Source of the DNA: a bacterium
Lineage (GTDB): Bacteria; Patescibacteriota; CPR2; UBA1875; JAJYID01
Direction of reading: 5' to 3'
Assembly (NCBI GenBank): GCA_021787535.1
Contig: JAJYLR010000001.1
Location: 147,648-211,647 of the forward strand
DNA length: 64,000 nucleotides
Shown: piece after piece, positions 1 through 9,429 of the stretch
How positions within the stretch are numbered: position 1 is the first letter of the stretch
Layout of the letters: each line of letters opens with the position of its first letter
The notes under the pieces: generated by a model
Told to the model about the DNA's origin: nothing
The model's input: the letters and a program-made list of their open reading frames with translations, nothing else
Database searches by the model: none
Translations under genes and position numbers: made by a program

Positions 1-759
1 ATGATAGACACGCATGCGCATCTTAACTTTCCGGATTTTGAGGCGGATTTGGATAATATAATCCAAGAATCTTTTGAAAAAGGCGTCGAGAAAATAATTA
101 TTCCGGGATCAAACATTTCGGCCAGTAAGAAAGCCGTCAAAATTGCAGAAAAATATGACGGTATCTTTGCGGCGGTTGGCATTCATCCGGAAGATGCTGG
201 TGATATCAAAAATTTTTCGGAAATTGAGAAGTTGGCAAACTATGATAAGGTGATAGCAATTGGCGAGTGCGGGCTTGACTACTCATATCCGGGCACTGAC
301 GCAAAGGAAGACAGACTAAAACAAAAACAACTCTTAGAGAGACACCTGAAACTGGCGGAGAAGATGGATTTGCCGCTTATTTTTCATAACCGCGACTCAG
401 ATGATGATTTCTATGAAACAGTTAAAGATTACAAAGGAGAAGCGGTACTGCATTGTTTTACAGGTAACTGGGAGTTTGCACGAAAAATACTGGATCTGGG
501 ATTTTTAATATCTTTTACCGGCATCATTACATTTGATAAAACCGGACGACTCGCAGAAGTTTTAAAAAACATCCCGCTTGATAAAGTCATGGTGGAAACT
601 GACGCGCCGTATCTAGCGCCGGTACCATATCGCGGCAAAAGGTGCGAGCCGTGGATGACGAACGAAGTGATTCGAAAGATAGCCGAGATCAAAGGCATTT
701 TATCTCAAGAGGTAGAGGAAAAAACCTCCACTACCGCAAAAAACTTTTTTAAGTTATAG
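1..759 (+). CDS. tatD: TatD family metal-dependent DNase
   Basis: Motifs IDTHAHL, AVGIHP, IGECGLDY, HNRDS, LHCF and ETDAPYL. Confidence 0.95.
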   Translation: MIDTHAHLNFPDFEADLDNIIQESFEKGVEKIIIPGSNISASKKAVKIAEKYDGIFAAVGIHPEDAGDIKNFSEIEKLANYDKVIAIGECGLDYSYPGTDAKEDRLKQKQLLERHLKLAEKMDLPLIFHNRDSDDDFYETVKDYKGEAVLHCFTGNWEFARKILDLGFLISFTGIITFDKTGRLAEVLKNIPLDKVMVETDAPYLAPVPYRGKRCEPWMTNEVIRKIAEIKGILSQEVEEKTSTTAKNFFKL

Positions 760-802
760 TGCCTATGTTGTCCTGAAGATTGACTCAGATCATAGATTAT
801 AT

Positions 803-829
803 AGATTCCGGATCAAGTCTGGAATGACA
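803..829. repeat. REP-like GTCA palindrome
   Basis: AGATTCCGGATCAAGTCTGGAATGACA; near-identical copy at 28264-28290. Confidence 0.85.
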
Positions 830-889
830 GATGGTTTTAAAAAGTTTTTTAAGTTATAATATCGATATTAGTAAAAAACGGAGTCTATT

Positions 890-2014
890 ATGGCAGAAGA
901 TGAAAAACAGCCGGAAGAGCCGTCGGAAGAACTAAATATTATCGAAGAAGAAAAAGCCCAGGAAAAAGGCGAGCTGGATTATAACGGTATTTTTGACGAT
1001 GATTATGTAGAGGGCAAAACTGAAGCCAGGGAAGAGTTTGATGAAAATGAACAGCACAGAGACGATATGCTTGAAGAAACTGACGGGGGTGAAGAAATAG
1101 CAGAAGAACCCAAGCCAGGGAAGAAAAATCAAGACAAATCCAAAAAATCTTCCAAAAAATCTTCTTCTGAAAAAAAGGAAGCCAAAAAAGAGGAGAAGAC
1201 CGATCCGGATAAAACCAAGGAAGTAAAGGAAGAGAAGATTGCCCCTGAAGATCCCGCTCAAAAACCAGGCAGCAGCAAAGGATCATTCGCAAAGAAAATT
1301 CTTATTGTATTGGCTATACTTTTTGCCTTGCTTCTTGGTGCTTTTGGCGGATATCTTTATTTCAAAAAGACAAGTAAACAGCTAGAGGAAGCAAAGCCGC
1401 CGACCACGACCACCACACCCGCAACAAAGAAAACTAAAAAGTATGTTTATGTAACAGCGAGCGACGGTCTGAATATGCGCCAGAATCCAGACTCAAGCGC
1501 TAAAGTTCTGGCAGTCATACCTTATGGAACCAAATTATCTGTTATAGATACGCAAAATGGCTGGGATAAGGTTGAGTATAATGGCCAGCAGGGCTGGGTT
1601 TCGGCTGATTATGTGAGCGAAACTAAGCCAGAAGACTTCAAAACCTACATCGGAACCGGGCAAATGCCGGATAATCCCAAGTTTAGCGTACAATATCCAA
1701 GCGATTGGGTGCTGGATGGCTACAAAGTTTCCAAAACGGATAATGGCAAGGTATATACCATAGCGCTTGGGGCGGGCGGACATGGATTTAGTGAAGGTGA
1801 TACCTCAATCACTAGCAGCCAGGAAAATATAACTGTTAATGGGAATGCCGGCATAAAAACGACGGCAGTGAAAGATGGCAAGATTGTGTCTCTAGTTACG
1901 GCTTTTACAAAAGGAAATGGCTATATCAATATCGAATTTGAGCCGCCAGCAGGCTATGACCAGTCATATATCGATATCTATAATAAGATCGTCGAAACGT
2001 TTAAATTTTTGTAG
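890..2014 (+). CDS. Membrane-anchored bacterial SH3 (SH3b) domain protein
   Basis: Acidic/Lys-rich N-terminus, single TM helix, SH3b pattern LNMRQNP...VLAVIPYG...WDKVEY..QQGWVSADYV. Confidence 0.8.
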   Translation: MAEDEKQPEEPSEELNIIEEEKAQEKGELDYNGIFDDDYVEGKTEAREEFDENEQHRDDMLEETDGGEEIAEEPKPGKKNQDKSKKSSKKSSSEKKEAKKEEKTDPDKTKEVKEEKIAPEDPAQKPGSSKGSFAKKILIVLAILFALLLGAFGGYLYFKKTSKQLEEAKPPTTTTTPATKKTKKYVYVTASDGLNMRQNPDSSAKVLAVIPYGTKLSVIDTQNGWDKVEYNGQQGWVSADYVSETKPEDFKTYIGTGQMPDNPKFSVQYPSDWVLDGYKVSKTDNGKVYTIALGAGGHGFSEGDTSITSSQENITVNGNAGIKTTAVKDGKIVSLVTAFTKGNGYINIEFEPPAGYDQSYIDIYNKIVETFKFL

Positions 2015-2021
2015 AAAATCG

Positions 2022-2050
2022 TTGACAATAGCGACAGAAAAAGTTACCCT
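2022..2050 (+). promoter_or_regulatory. Putative sigma70 promoter of the phd-like/iscS operon
   Basis: TTGACA-17nt-TACCCT. Confidence 0.45.
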
Positions 2051-2137
2051 ACATCTAGGGTAAGATGTTAATTTTCAATTCTTAATTTCTAATTTTCAAT
2101 CAAGTCCCAATTCTTCAATGAATAAATAAGCAGTTGT

Positions 2138-2159
2138 TACACTAATATGTATTAGTGTA
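2138..2159. promoter_or_regulatory. Perfect palindrome, candidate operator
   Basis: TACACTAATA-TG-TATTAGTGTA upstream of a Phd-like gene. Confidence 0.45.
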
Positions 2160-2210
2160 GTGGTCTGCAAGGGTCTGTCCTTTGCAGATCGAAGAGTATT
2201 TTACAAAGTA

Positions 2211-2270
2211 TGTCATTCTGTGGAACGAAGAATCTCTCTAGATCCTTCGTCGTACCTCCTCAGGATGACA
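2211..2270. repeat. REP-like inverted doublet (REPIN-like)
   Basis: TGTCATTCTG..GAAGAATCT ... AGATCCTTCG..CAGGATGACA. Confidence 0.8.
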
Positions 2271-2283
2271 ATGAGGAGCATTT

Positions 2284-2505
2284 ATGAAGGAAAAATTTAT
2301 TACAACAAATGAGCTGGCAAACGATGCTTCAAAGATTCTAAAGAATTTGAAAGACGGCGAAGGCGTAGTAGTCCTTCGCTACTCAGAGCCGGTCGGCGTC
2401 CTTATTTCCTATGACGATTATAAGAAGTTAATGAACCTAGAATCAGAGTTTGTTTCTGAGTGCAAGGTCTGTCTGGGAGCGATAAAGAAGAAAGGGAAAA
2501 ATTAA
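2284..2505 (+). CDS. Phd/YefM-like DNA-binding (antitoxin-fold) protein with C-terminal CxxC
   Basis: Phd pattern ITTNELANDASKIL...VVVLRYSEPVGVLISYDDY; ECKVC. Confidence 0.7.
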   Translation: MKEKFITTNELANDASKILKNLKDGEGVVVLRYSEPVGVLISYDDYKKLMNLESEFVSECKVCLGAIKKKGKN

Positions 2506-2870
2506 TGGCAGAAAATTCTGAATCAAGTAAGTATGGTGATCAGATGACGCATAGAAAATTAGTCAGGGATAGAATACCTGAAATTATAGAAGCAAATGAT
2601 CAGAAACATGAGACCAGAATTCTAGAAAAGGACGAACATCTAGAACTCCTCAAAAAGAAACTATTAGAGGAATCTCAGGAAGTAGTTGAAGCTACAAATA
2701 GAGACGAAACTATTAAAGAGCTAGCAGATGTTTCTGAGGTTGTCCGTTCTATTGCTGAAAGTGAAGGGATAGGTATGGATGAGATTAATGAGGTCATGGA
2801 GGATAGAGCTGAAAAAAGAGGCAGATTTAAGGATGGAATTTTTTTGGAAAGGACATGGACTGAGAAATGA
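2505..2870 (+). CDS. MazG-like all-alpha NTP pyrophosphohydrolase
   Basis: KLVRDRIPEII, KLLEESQE, ELADVSEV, KRGRF; ATG overlaps the upstream TAA. Confidence 0.85.
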   Translation: MAENSESSKYGDQMTHRKLVRDRIPEIIEANDQKHETRILEKDEHLELLKKKLLEESQEVVEATNRDETIKELADVSEVVRSIAESEGIGMDEINEVMEDRAEKRGRFKDGIFLERTWTEK

Positions 2871-4060
2871 TTTATTTTGACCATGCGGCGACGACGCCGG
2901 TTTCGAAGGATGTTTTAGATGCCATGAATCTGTATTTTAGCGAGAAATACGGTAATCCTTCCAGTATTTATAAAATCGGCCAGGAGGCAAAGTCAGCTGT
3001 TGAGAAAGCGCGGGAAGAAATCGCCGGTATGCTTGGCGCAAACCCTAGAGAGATTATTTTTACTTCAGGGGCGACGGAAGCAAATAATCTGGCTTTGAAA
3101 GGAGTGGCATTTTATTGGTCACAAATATTAAAGACTAAACCGCATATTATCATCAGCTCTATCGAGCATCACTCTGTTTTGGACACGGCGGAATATCTGG
3201 AGAAGAACTTCGGATTTGAAGTTACAAAATTAGGTGTTTCGAATGAAGGAATAGTTAATCCGAAAGATCTGGAGAAGGCAATCCAGGAAAACACAGCTAT
3301 AGTTTTAGTGATGTATGGGAATAATGAAGTTGGAAGCATTCAGCCAATTTCTGAACTTTCAGAAATAATTAAAAAGGAAAAAGTAAAAAGGGAAAATGGG
3401 GGGAATGAGTTTCCGATTGTTTTTCACACGGATGCGGTGCAAGCTTTTCAATATTTAGACTGCAATGTTAGCGACTTGGGCGCGGATATGCTTTCTCTCA
3501 CCGGGCATAAATTCTACGGGCCGAAAGGGGTCGGGCTTTTGTATGTAAAATCTGGCACCAAGTTCCTTCCGCAGCAGCAAGGCGGAGCTCAGGAAAGACG
3601 ACAAAGAGCCGGGACGGAAAATGTGCCGTATATCGTCGGTATGGCAAAAGCAATGAATGACGCCAGAACTGAAAATCACAAAAAAGAAGTTGAGGATCTG
3701 AGGGATTATTTAATTGAGAAAATTACAAAGGAAATTCCGGATGTGATACTTACCGGACCGGAAGTCGGCGAAAAGAGATTACCACACATTGCCAGCTTCA
3801 TATTTAAGAAAATAGAAGGTGAGTCGATTCTCATAAATCTGGACTTGCTTGGTATTGCCGCCTCCAGCGGTTCGGCTTGCACGTCGGGCAGTCTGGCATC
3901 TTCGCACGTTTTGACGGCTATGGGTTATGACGACCTTCTGGCGCATGGTTCTATCCGATTTTCGCTTGGGAAAATGAATTCAAAAGAAGAAATTGATGAA
4001 ATGATGAAACATTTGCCGCAGATTGTAGAGAAATTAAGAGGAATGTCACCAATAAAATGA
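2867..4060 (+). CDS. iscS: Cysteine desulfurase (IscS/NifS)
   Basis: YFDHAATT, FTSGATEANN, HTDAVQ, GHKFYGPKG, SSGSACTSG. Confidence 0.95.
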   Translation: MIYFDHAATTPVSKDVLDAMNLYFSEKYGNPSSIYKIGQEAKSAVEKAREEIAGMLGANPREIIFTSGATEANNLALKGVAFYWSQILKTKPHIIISSIEHHSVLDTAEYLEKNFGFEVTKLGVSNEGIVNPKDLEKAIQENTAIVLVMYGNNEVGSIQPISELSEIIKKEKVKRENGGNEFPIVFHTDAVQAFQYLDCNVSDLGADMLSLTGHKFYGPKGVGLLYVKSGTKFLPQQQGGAQERRQRAGTENVPYIVGMAKAMNDARTENHKKEVEDLRDYLIEKITKEIPDVILTGPEVGEKRLPHIASFIFKKIEGESILINLDLLGIAASSGSACTSGSLASSHVLTAMGYDDLLAHGSIRFSLGKMNSKEEIDEMMKHLPQIVEKLRGMSPIK

Positions 4061-4584
4061 ATGAAGAAAGTATCAAAAAAGCGGCTGAGAAATTTTATGA
4101 GATTCGGGATATTCCTTATCATATTGCTTTAGATGGAGAGAAAGATTGGAGTTGTGGTAGCAAGAACAAGAAATTAGCGAAGGAATTAGAGCAGTTGGGA
4201 TATAAAACTAGAGAAAGAATTGCCCTTTTTAGATGGACTGAGCAAGGTTTACCTAAAGAGGCGTTAGTCAATGTTGATGAAGATGAATGTTCACATTTGT
4301 TTCTGGAAGTCATACCTCCTGGGCAAGACAATTGGATTACAGTCGATGCAACATGGAACTCAGAATTAAAGCCATCTACCTTGCCTGTAGCAGAATGGGA
4401 TGGATTAAAACCAACGGCTAATGCAGTTAAATATTATGAAATAATTCCTGTGGAGAAGAATAAGGAATATTTAGATTCAATCGATGAACAGGAAGATTTA
4501 AAAATGAATTACAAAATTTACGATGCATTTAACAAATATTGTGATGGTTTTTTAGAAAAGAGGGATAATGCCGGTAGCAATTAA
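4057..4584 (+). CDS. Hypothetical protein, possible transglutaminase-like Cys-His-Asp fold
   Basis: SCGSK, HLFLEV and WITVDATW spacing resembles a transglutaminase triad. Confidence 0.5.
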   Translation: MNEESIKKAAEKFYEIRDIPYHIALDGEKDWSCGSKNKKLAKELEQLGYKTRERIALFRWTEQGLPKEALVNVDEDECSHLFLEVIPPGQDNWITVDATWNSELKPSTLPVAEWDGLKPTANAVKYYEIIPVEKNKEYLDSIDEQEDLKMNYKIYDAFNKYCDGFLEKRDNAGSN

Positions 4585-5173
4585 CTTTAAGATTTGTGAT
4601 AACGCTGAAGAATGCAACGGGATAGAAGTTTGCCCGACTGGTGCGCTTTCTTGGGATGATAAGAAAAAAACAATTGTCATAGACAACACAAAATGCACCA
4701 GCTGCGGAGCTTGCGAACGTTCCTGTATGGTTCAAGCCATTAAAGTCGGCAGAACCAAAGAGGAATTTGCCAAAATCCAAAAAGAAATAGAGGAAGATTC
4801 GAGAAAAGTTTCAGATTTATACCTTGACCGATATGGGGCAATGCCGATTTTGCCGGCGTTCTTGATTGAAGAAGACAAATTTGAACGCGAGGTATTAAAG
4901 GCATCCAAGTTAACAGCGGTAGAAGTTTTCGCAAATGAGGGAATTATGTGCTTACTTAAATCAATTCCAATAACAGAACTTTTTGACGGCTTGGACATAA
5001 AGTTTAGAAAAATGGAGATAAAGAACAAGAAATTCTTGGATGATTATGATATTAAAGAACTTCCAGCACTCTTGTTTTTCTTAGAAGGCAAGTTGGCTGG
5101 CAAAGTTGAAGGTTATTTCGAAAATGAAAACAAACAAGCGTTAAAGGAAAAGGTTAAAGTGATAATAGGTTAA
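4568..5173 (+). CDS. 4Fe-4S ferredoxin domain fused to a thioredoxin-like domain
   Basis: CDNAEEC...CP and CTSCGACERSC; C-terminal IKELPALLFF..GKLAGKVEG. Confidence 0.75.
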   Translation: MPVAINFKICDNAEECNGIEVCPTGALSWDDKKKTIVIDNTKCTSCGACERSCMVQAIKVGRTKEEFAKIQKEIEEDSRKVSDLYLDRYGAMPILPAFLIEEDKFEREVLKASKLTAVEVFANEGIMCLLKSIPITELFDGLDIKFRKMEIKNKKFLDDYDIKELPALLFFLEGKLAGKVEGYFENENKQALKEKVKVIIG

Positions 5174-5178
5174 TTATT

Positions 5179-5315
5179 AGATTCTGGACAAGCCAGAATG
5201 ACAGATTGAAGATTGTCTCATTGAGGATTGATTGGAAATTGGAAATTGTGAATTGGAAATTAAAAGTAAAGGGATTCCTCGACTTGTCCTTAACAGGAAG
5301 TCGCTCGGAATGACA
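5179..5315. repeat. Composite repeat block: two REP-like units flanking a heptamer array
   Basis: AGATTCTGGACAAGCCAGAATGACA (5179-5203), ATTGGAA-type heptamers (5231-5262), GATTCCTCGAC..GTCGCTCGGAATGACA (5273-5315). Confidence 0.85.
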
Positions 5316-5332
5316 AAAAGGAGACTAAATTT

Positions 5333-5728
5333 ATGGCGGATATGTATTCAGAAAAAGTAATGGATCATTTTATGAACCCGAGGAATGTCGGAGAGATTAA
5401 AGATGCTTCCGGAGTAGGCGAGAAGGGCAATCCGACCTGCGGGGATATCATGAAAATGTACATCAAGGTTGGCAAGAAAAATGGTAAGGAAATCATTGAG
5501 GATATTAAGTTTCAAACTTTTGGCTGCGGAGCGGCGGTAGCAACCTCTTCCATGATTACAGAAATGGTTAAAGGCAAGACTCTGAAGGAAGCGGAAAAGA
5601 TCTCAAATGCGCAAGTGGCAGAAGCGCTCGGAGGGCTGCCTCCGATAAAGATGCACTGTTCAAACTTGGCAGCAAATGCGCTGCAAGATGCGATAGAGAA
5701 CTATCGTTCTAAAATTTCTAATGCCTAA
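5333..5728 (+). CDS. iscU: Fe-S scaffold protein IscU/NifU
   Basis: YSEKVMDHFMNPRNVG, GNPTCGD, FGCGAA, KMHCS. Confidence 0.95.
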   Translation: MADMYSEKVMDHFMNPRNVGEIKDASGVGEKGNPTCGDIMKMYIKVGKKNGKEIIEDIKFQTFGCGAAVATSSMITEMVKGKTLKEAEKISNAQVAEALGGLPPIKMHCSNLAANALQDAIENYRSKISNA

Positions 5729-5844
5729 TTAAGAATTTCTATTCAAATCCCAATTCAAAAATTTCTTAAATTAAAAATTGGACATTCATTAGGAATTAGG
5801 AATTCTTAATTTTTAATTGGATTCCCGACTTCTCGGGAATGACA
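5712..5844. repeat. Heptamer inverted-repeat array plus REP-like unit
   Basis: AATTTCT/AGGAATT periodic arms, then GATTCCCGACTTCTCGGGAATGACA at 5820-5844. Confidence 0.75.
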
Positions 5845-5941
5845 AGGGAGAATTTGTATTTTTGGCTAATGCTTGACCGGGTAATAAAACTTAAAATATT
5901 TTTGTTTCATTCAGACCATTAAGTGTGGTAATCTAGAAAAT

Positions 5942-6898
5942 ATGAACTGGGTAGATCTGGCAATTATAGCTTTTATTCTATATTTCCTGGTGATGGGGTA
6001 TTTCCAGGGTTTTTTGAAGGGTGCAATAGAACTTGTCGGCTTGGTTTTATCTTTTTTTCTAGCACTGAAACTTTACCCGGGCTTGGCTCAAAGTATCAGC
6101 ACGCACTTTAACGCACCTCTGCCAATCTCAAAAATTTTAGGACTTGTCAGCGTCTGGTTTATCTCGTATCTGGCCTACTATTTTGCTTCAAACTTTGGGC
6201 TAAAGAAAATACCTGATAATATTAAAAACTCCAAATATAACCGTTTTGGCGGCGGAGCGCCCGCCTTGCTGAAGGGTTTGATGGTTACGGCAATTTTACT
6301 GAGTTTGATTTTAATTTTGCCCATTCCGACAAAATATCGAAACGATATTTCCGACTCGAAAATCGGAGGAAGCTTAGTTAAACACAGTGAGCAAGCTCAG
6401 ACATTTTTACAGAAAGAGTTCGGCGGTGCAGTTGATGAAACTCTGACTTTTCTGACTGTTAAAGAGGAAAATGATGAGACAACAAATCTTGGTTTTAAAA
6501 CTGATAAGGTATCTGTTGATTCGTCTAGCGAACAAAGGATGCTGACTCTTGTGAATCAGGAGAGAACTTCCAGAGGATTACATGCTCTTCAAATGGACCC
6601 AAAGCTGCAAGAGGTTGCCAGAGCTCACTGTAAAGATATGTTTAAAAATGGGTATTTTGCCCACAACTCTTTGGATGGCAAAACTCCTTTTGACAGGATG
6701 CATAATGCCGGGATTACTTTTCTTGTTGCCGGAGAAAACTTGGCTCTTGCGCCAAATGTTGATATTGCCCACAACGGACTCATGAATAGTCCCGGCCATC
6801 GTGCCAATATTCTTACTCCCGAGTTTGGAAAAGTCGGCATAGGTGTCATTGATGGCGGAGTTTATGGTAAAATGTTTGCTCAGGAGTTTACAGACTAA
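5942..6898 (+). CDS. CvpA (colicin V production) domain plus CAP/SCP domain protein
   Basis: NWVDLAII..G..QGF with several TMs; CAP motifs LVNQER, AGENLA, MNSPGHRANIL. Confidence 0.88.
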   Translation: MNWVDLAIIAFILYFLVMGYFQGFLKGAIELVGLVLSFFLALKLYPGLAQSISTHFNAPLPISKILGLVSVWFISYLAYYFASNFGLKKIPDNIKNSKYNRFGGGAPALLKGLMVTAILLSLILILPIPTKYRNDISDSKIGGSLVKHSEQAQTFLQKEFGGAVDETLTFLTVKEENDETTNLGFKTDKVSVDSSSEQRMLTLVNQERTSRGLHALQMDPKLQEVARAHCKDMFKNGYFAHNSLDGKTPFDRMHNAGITFLVAGENLALAPNVDIAHNGLMNSPGHRANILTPEFGKVGIGVIDGGVYGKMFAQEFTD

Positions 6899-6912
6899 CC
6901 AAGGGCATATAT

Positions 6913-7485
6913 TTGATTAGAAAACTTTTAAAGCTGGTTTTAATAGTAGTTGTTTTGGCTGTTGTCTTTCTAGCCGGCGCAGCCCTTTATCTCTCGCCGC
7001 AAGACAAGCTGGAAAAAACAGATTGTATAGTAGTGATCTCGGGCGGGGATACTGACGCTAGGCTTGCCGAAGGCATTAAACTTTATAATGAAAAATATGC
7101 GCCGAAAGTTCTATTTTCCGGCGCAGCTGCCGAGGGTACGGTTTCAAACGCTTCAGCAATGAAGAACATAGCTATCCGAAACGGTTTGCCGGCCGGGGAT
7201 ATCTTAATTGAAGAAAATTCTAAAACTACCGAGGAAAATGCCGAGTATACAGGTAAAATCATTCGTGCCGCAAATTTTCACAGCATAATACTCGTAACTT
7301 CTCCGTATCATCAGCGCCGGGCATACGAGGCCTTCAGACAGGCGCTGGGCAGAGATTTTAAAATTATCAATCATTCAGCCACAGATAGGACATGGCGAAA
7401 GGCCGACTGGTGGGACAACTCTCAAGCGAGAATTCTGACAATCGGCGAAATCTTGAAAAATCTATACTTTTTAGTTAATAAGTAA
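6913..7485 (+). CDS. YdcF/ElyC (DUF218) family protein
   Basis: IVVISGG, EENSKTTEENA, LVTSPYHQRRA. Confidence 0.88.
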   Translation: MIRKLLKLVLIVVVLAVVFLAGAALYLSPQDKLEKTDCIVVISGGDTDARLAEGIKLYNEKYAPKVLFSGAAAEGTVSNASAMKNIAIRNGLPAGDILIEENSKTTEENAEYTGKIIRAANFHSIILVTSPYHQRRAYEAFRQALGRDFKIINHSATDRTWRKADWWDNSQARILTIGEILKNLYFLVNK

Positions 7486-7606
7486 TTCTTTTTTGTATAC
7501 TTGCCACACGATTTTTAAAGGGCTATAATAAGTATTGTCTAAAAAATCGGGCTGATTATTAAATAAATAAGCTTTGCATGCGCAGAGTTGTTTGGGAGGA
7601 GAAAAA

Positions 7607-7927
7607 ATGAGTGAGGTAGTTGTGACAGATCAAAACTTTGAAGCAGAAGTGCTCAAAGCAAAAGGCGTGGTAATGGTTGATTTTTGGGCTCCCTGGTGCG
7701 GACCATGCCAAATGGTCGGTCCGATTGTAGCGGAACTTGCGAAAGATTTTGAAGGCAAAGCCAAGGTTGGCAAGCTGAATGTTGATGATAATCCGCAGAC
7801 AGCCGGAAAATACGGAGTGATGAGTATTCCTACTTTGATTATTTTTAAAGACGGGGAAGCTGTCCAGACTTATGTGGGTGTTCAGTCGAAAGAAACCTTA
7901 TCTTCTAAACTTAAATCTTTAGTTTAA
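7607..7927 (+). CDS. trxA: Thioredoxin
   Basis: WCGPC; GGAGGAG RBS before the ATG at 7607. Confidence 0.95.
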   Translation: MSEVVVTDQNFEAEVLKAKGVVMVDFWAPWCGPCQMVGPIVAELAKDFEGKAKVGKLNVDDNPQTAGKYGVMSIPTLIIFKDGEAVQTYVGVQSKETLSSKLKSLV

Positions 7928-7952
7928 ATCTGATTCTGATTCGTCCAGAATA

Positions 7953-7979
7953 GTCATCCTGAGAGAAACGAAAGAATCT
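7953..7979. repeat. REP-like unit (degenerate)
   Basis: GTCATCCTGAGAGAAACGAAAGAATCT. Confidence 0.65.
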
Positions 7980-8284
7980 CTTTCCATGTCACTACTTCGT
8001 GGCCATCATAATTCCTCTACTTTTTTAAAAAAAGTGGAACAAAAATCCCCGACTAGCACTCCGAAATAGATAAAACATAATAAAAATTTATCACTAAAAA
8101 CAATAATCGCTTTGTTTAATCTTGATTTTTCCGGCTTGCGCCGGACGTTCTAAATTTTTAAGTTTTATTAACAACGTAAAGCGAGGGATATAAAAAAGTA
8201 ATCTTTTTTATATCCGAGCTGAGGAGTTAAAACTTTTTGCTACTTCTTCGTGATGTCGGGAAAGAATTGGTATAAAATATTTAT

Positions 8285-9358
8285 ATGAGTAAAGGAAAAA
8301 TACTTGTAGCAATGTCGGGAGGGGTTGACTCCTCTGTGGCCGCTCATTTGCTCAAAAAAGAGGGTTTTGATTGCATAGGTGTTACCATGAAGCTTTTTTG
8401 TTATGCGGGCACCGAAGCATCGCAACGGTCTTGTTGTTCTCTGGAAGCAATTAATGACGCGAGGGCAGTCTGTAAGAAACTTAGTATTCCTCATTATGTT
8501 ATTGACTTTGAAAAAGAGTTTGAACGGGAAGTTATTAAGGATTTTGTCAGTGAATATGAAAAAGGCAGAACACCAAACCCCTGTATCAGATGCAACCAAT
8601 TGATTAAATTCGATTACCTATTGAAAAAAGCAGAGGAACTTGGATGTGATTATCTTGCCACAGGACACTATGCGCAGATAAATCAGGCAACAAATAACAA
8701 TCAACAAATAACATTTAAGCTGCTCAAGGGAGTTGACAGAGTAAAAGACCAAACTTACTTTTTGTACCGATTGAATCAAAAGCAGCTTTCAAAGCTAAAA
8801 TTTCCATTAGGCGGGCTAACAAAGAAAGAGGTTCGCAGAATTGCCGGGGAAGCGGGCCTAAAGACAGCCGAAAAAGCAGAAAGCCAGGAAATCTGTTTCA
8901 TTGATACAAATGTCTCAGAATTTCTCTCAGGAAAAATTAAAATAGAAAAAGGGGATATTTTAGATACTTCCGGCAAAAAGGTCGGGGAACATGAAGGGAT
9001 CCCATTCTACACAATCGGCCAAAGGAAAGGCCTTGGCGGAGGTTTTGCTCATCCAGTGTATGCGGTCGGGATTGATGTTGAGAAAAATCAAGTTATTGTC
9101 GGCGAAGACATAGATTTATATAAGAAAGAAGTTGTGTTTGATAAGACAAGCTGGATAGCTGGTCAGGTGCCGGCTAGCAAGGATTTGTCTGCTGTAATCC
9201 GTTATAACATGGCAGGAAAAGGAGTTGCGGAATTACAGCGGATTAAAGGTTTATATAAAGCTATTTTTAAAGAAAGAGTGCGAGCCGTTACTCCCGGCCA
9301 ATCAATTGTTTTCTATTCGGGCGATGAATGTCTCGGTGGCGGTGTCATTACCAAATAA
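8285..9358 (+). CDS. mnmA: tRNA U34 2-thiouridylase
   Basis: SGGVDS, TPNPCIRCN, ATGHY, KDQTYFL, ESQEICF, TIGQRKG, TPGQ. Confidence 0.96.
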   Translation: MSKGKILVAMSGGVDSSVAAHLLKKEGFDCIGVTMKLFCYAGTEASQRSCCSLEAINDARAVCKKLSIPHYVIDFEKEFEREVIKDFVSEYEKGRTPNPCIRCNQLIKFDYLLKKAEELGCDYLATGHYAQINQATNNNQQITFKLLKGVDRVKDQTYFLYRLNQKQLSKLKFPLGGLTKKEVRRIAGEAGLKTAEKAESQEICFIDTNVSEFLSGKIKIEKGDILDTSGKKVGEHEGIPFYTIGQRKGLGGGFAHPVYAVGIDVEKNQVIVGEDIDLYKKEVVFDKTSWIAGQVPASKDLSAVIRYNMAGKGVAELQRIKGLYKAIFKERVRAVTPGQSIVFYSGDECLGGGVITK

Positions 9359-9429
9359 GCTTGACGCAGAACAATATCTATGGTAGACTACTTGTCCCTT
9401 TCGGATACGTGCTGGAGGAGGTGAAACAC

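Noticed and set aside
9328-9429. N-terminal extension of the 9328 ORF
   Set aside because: Overlaps mnmA and a promoter; the RBS supports a start at 9430.
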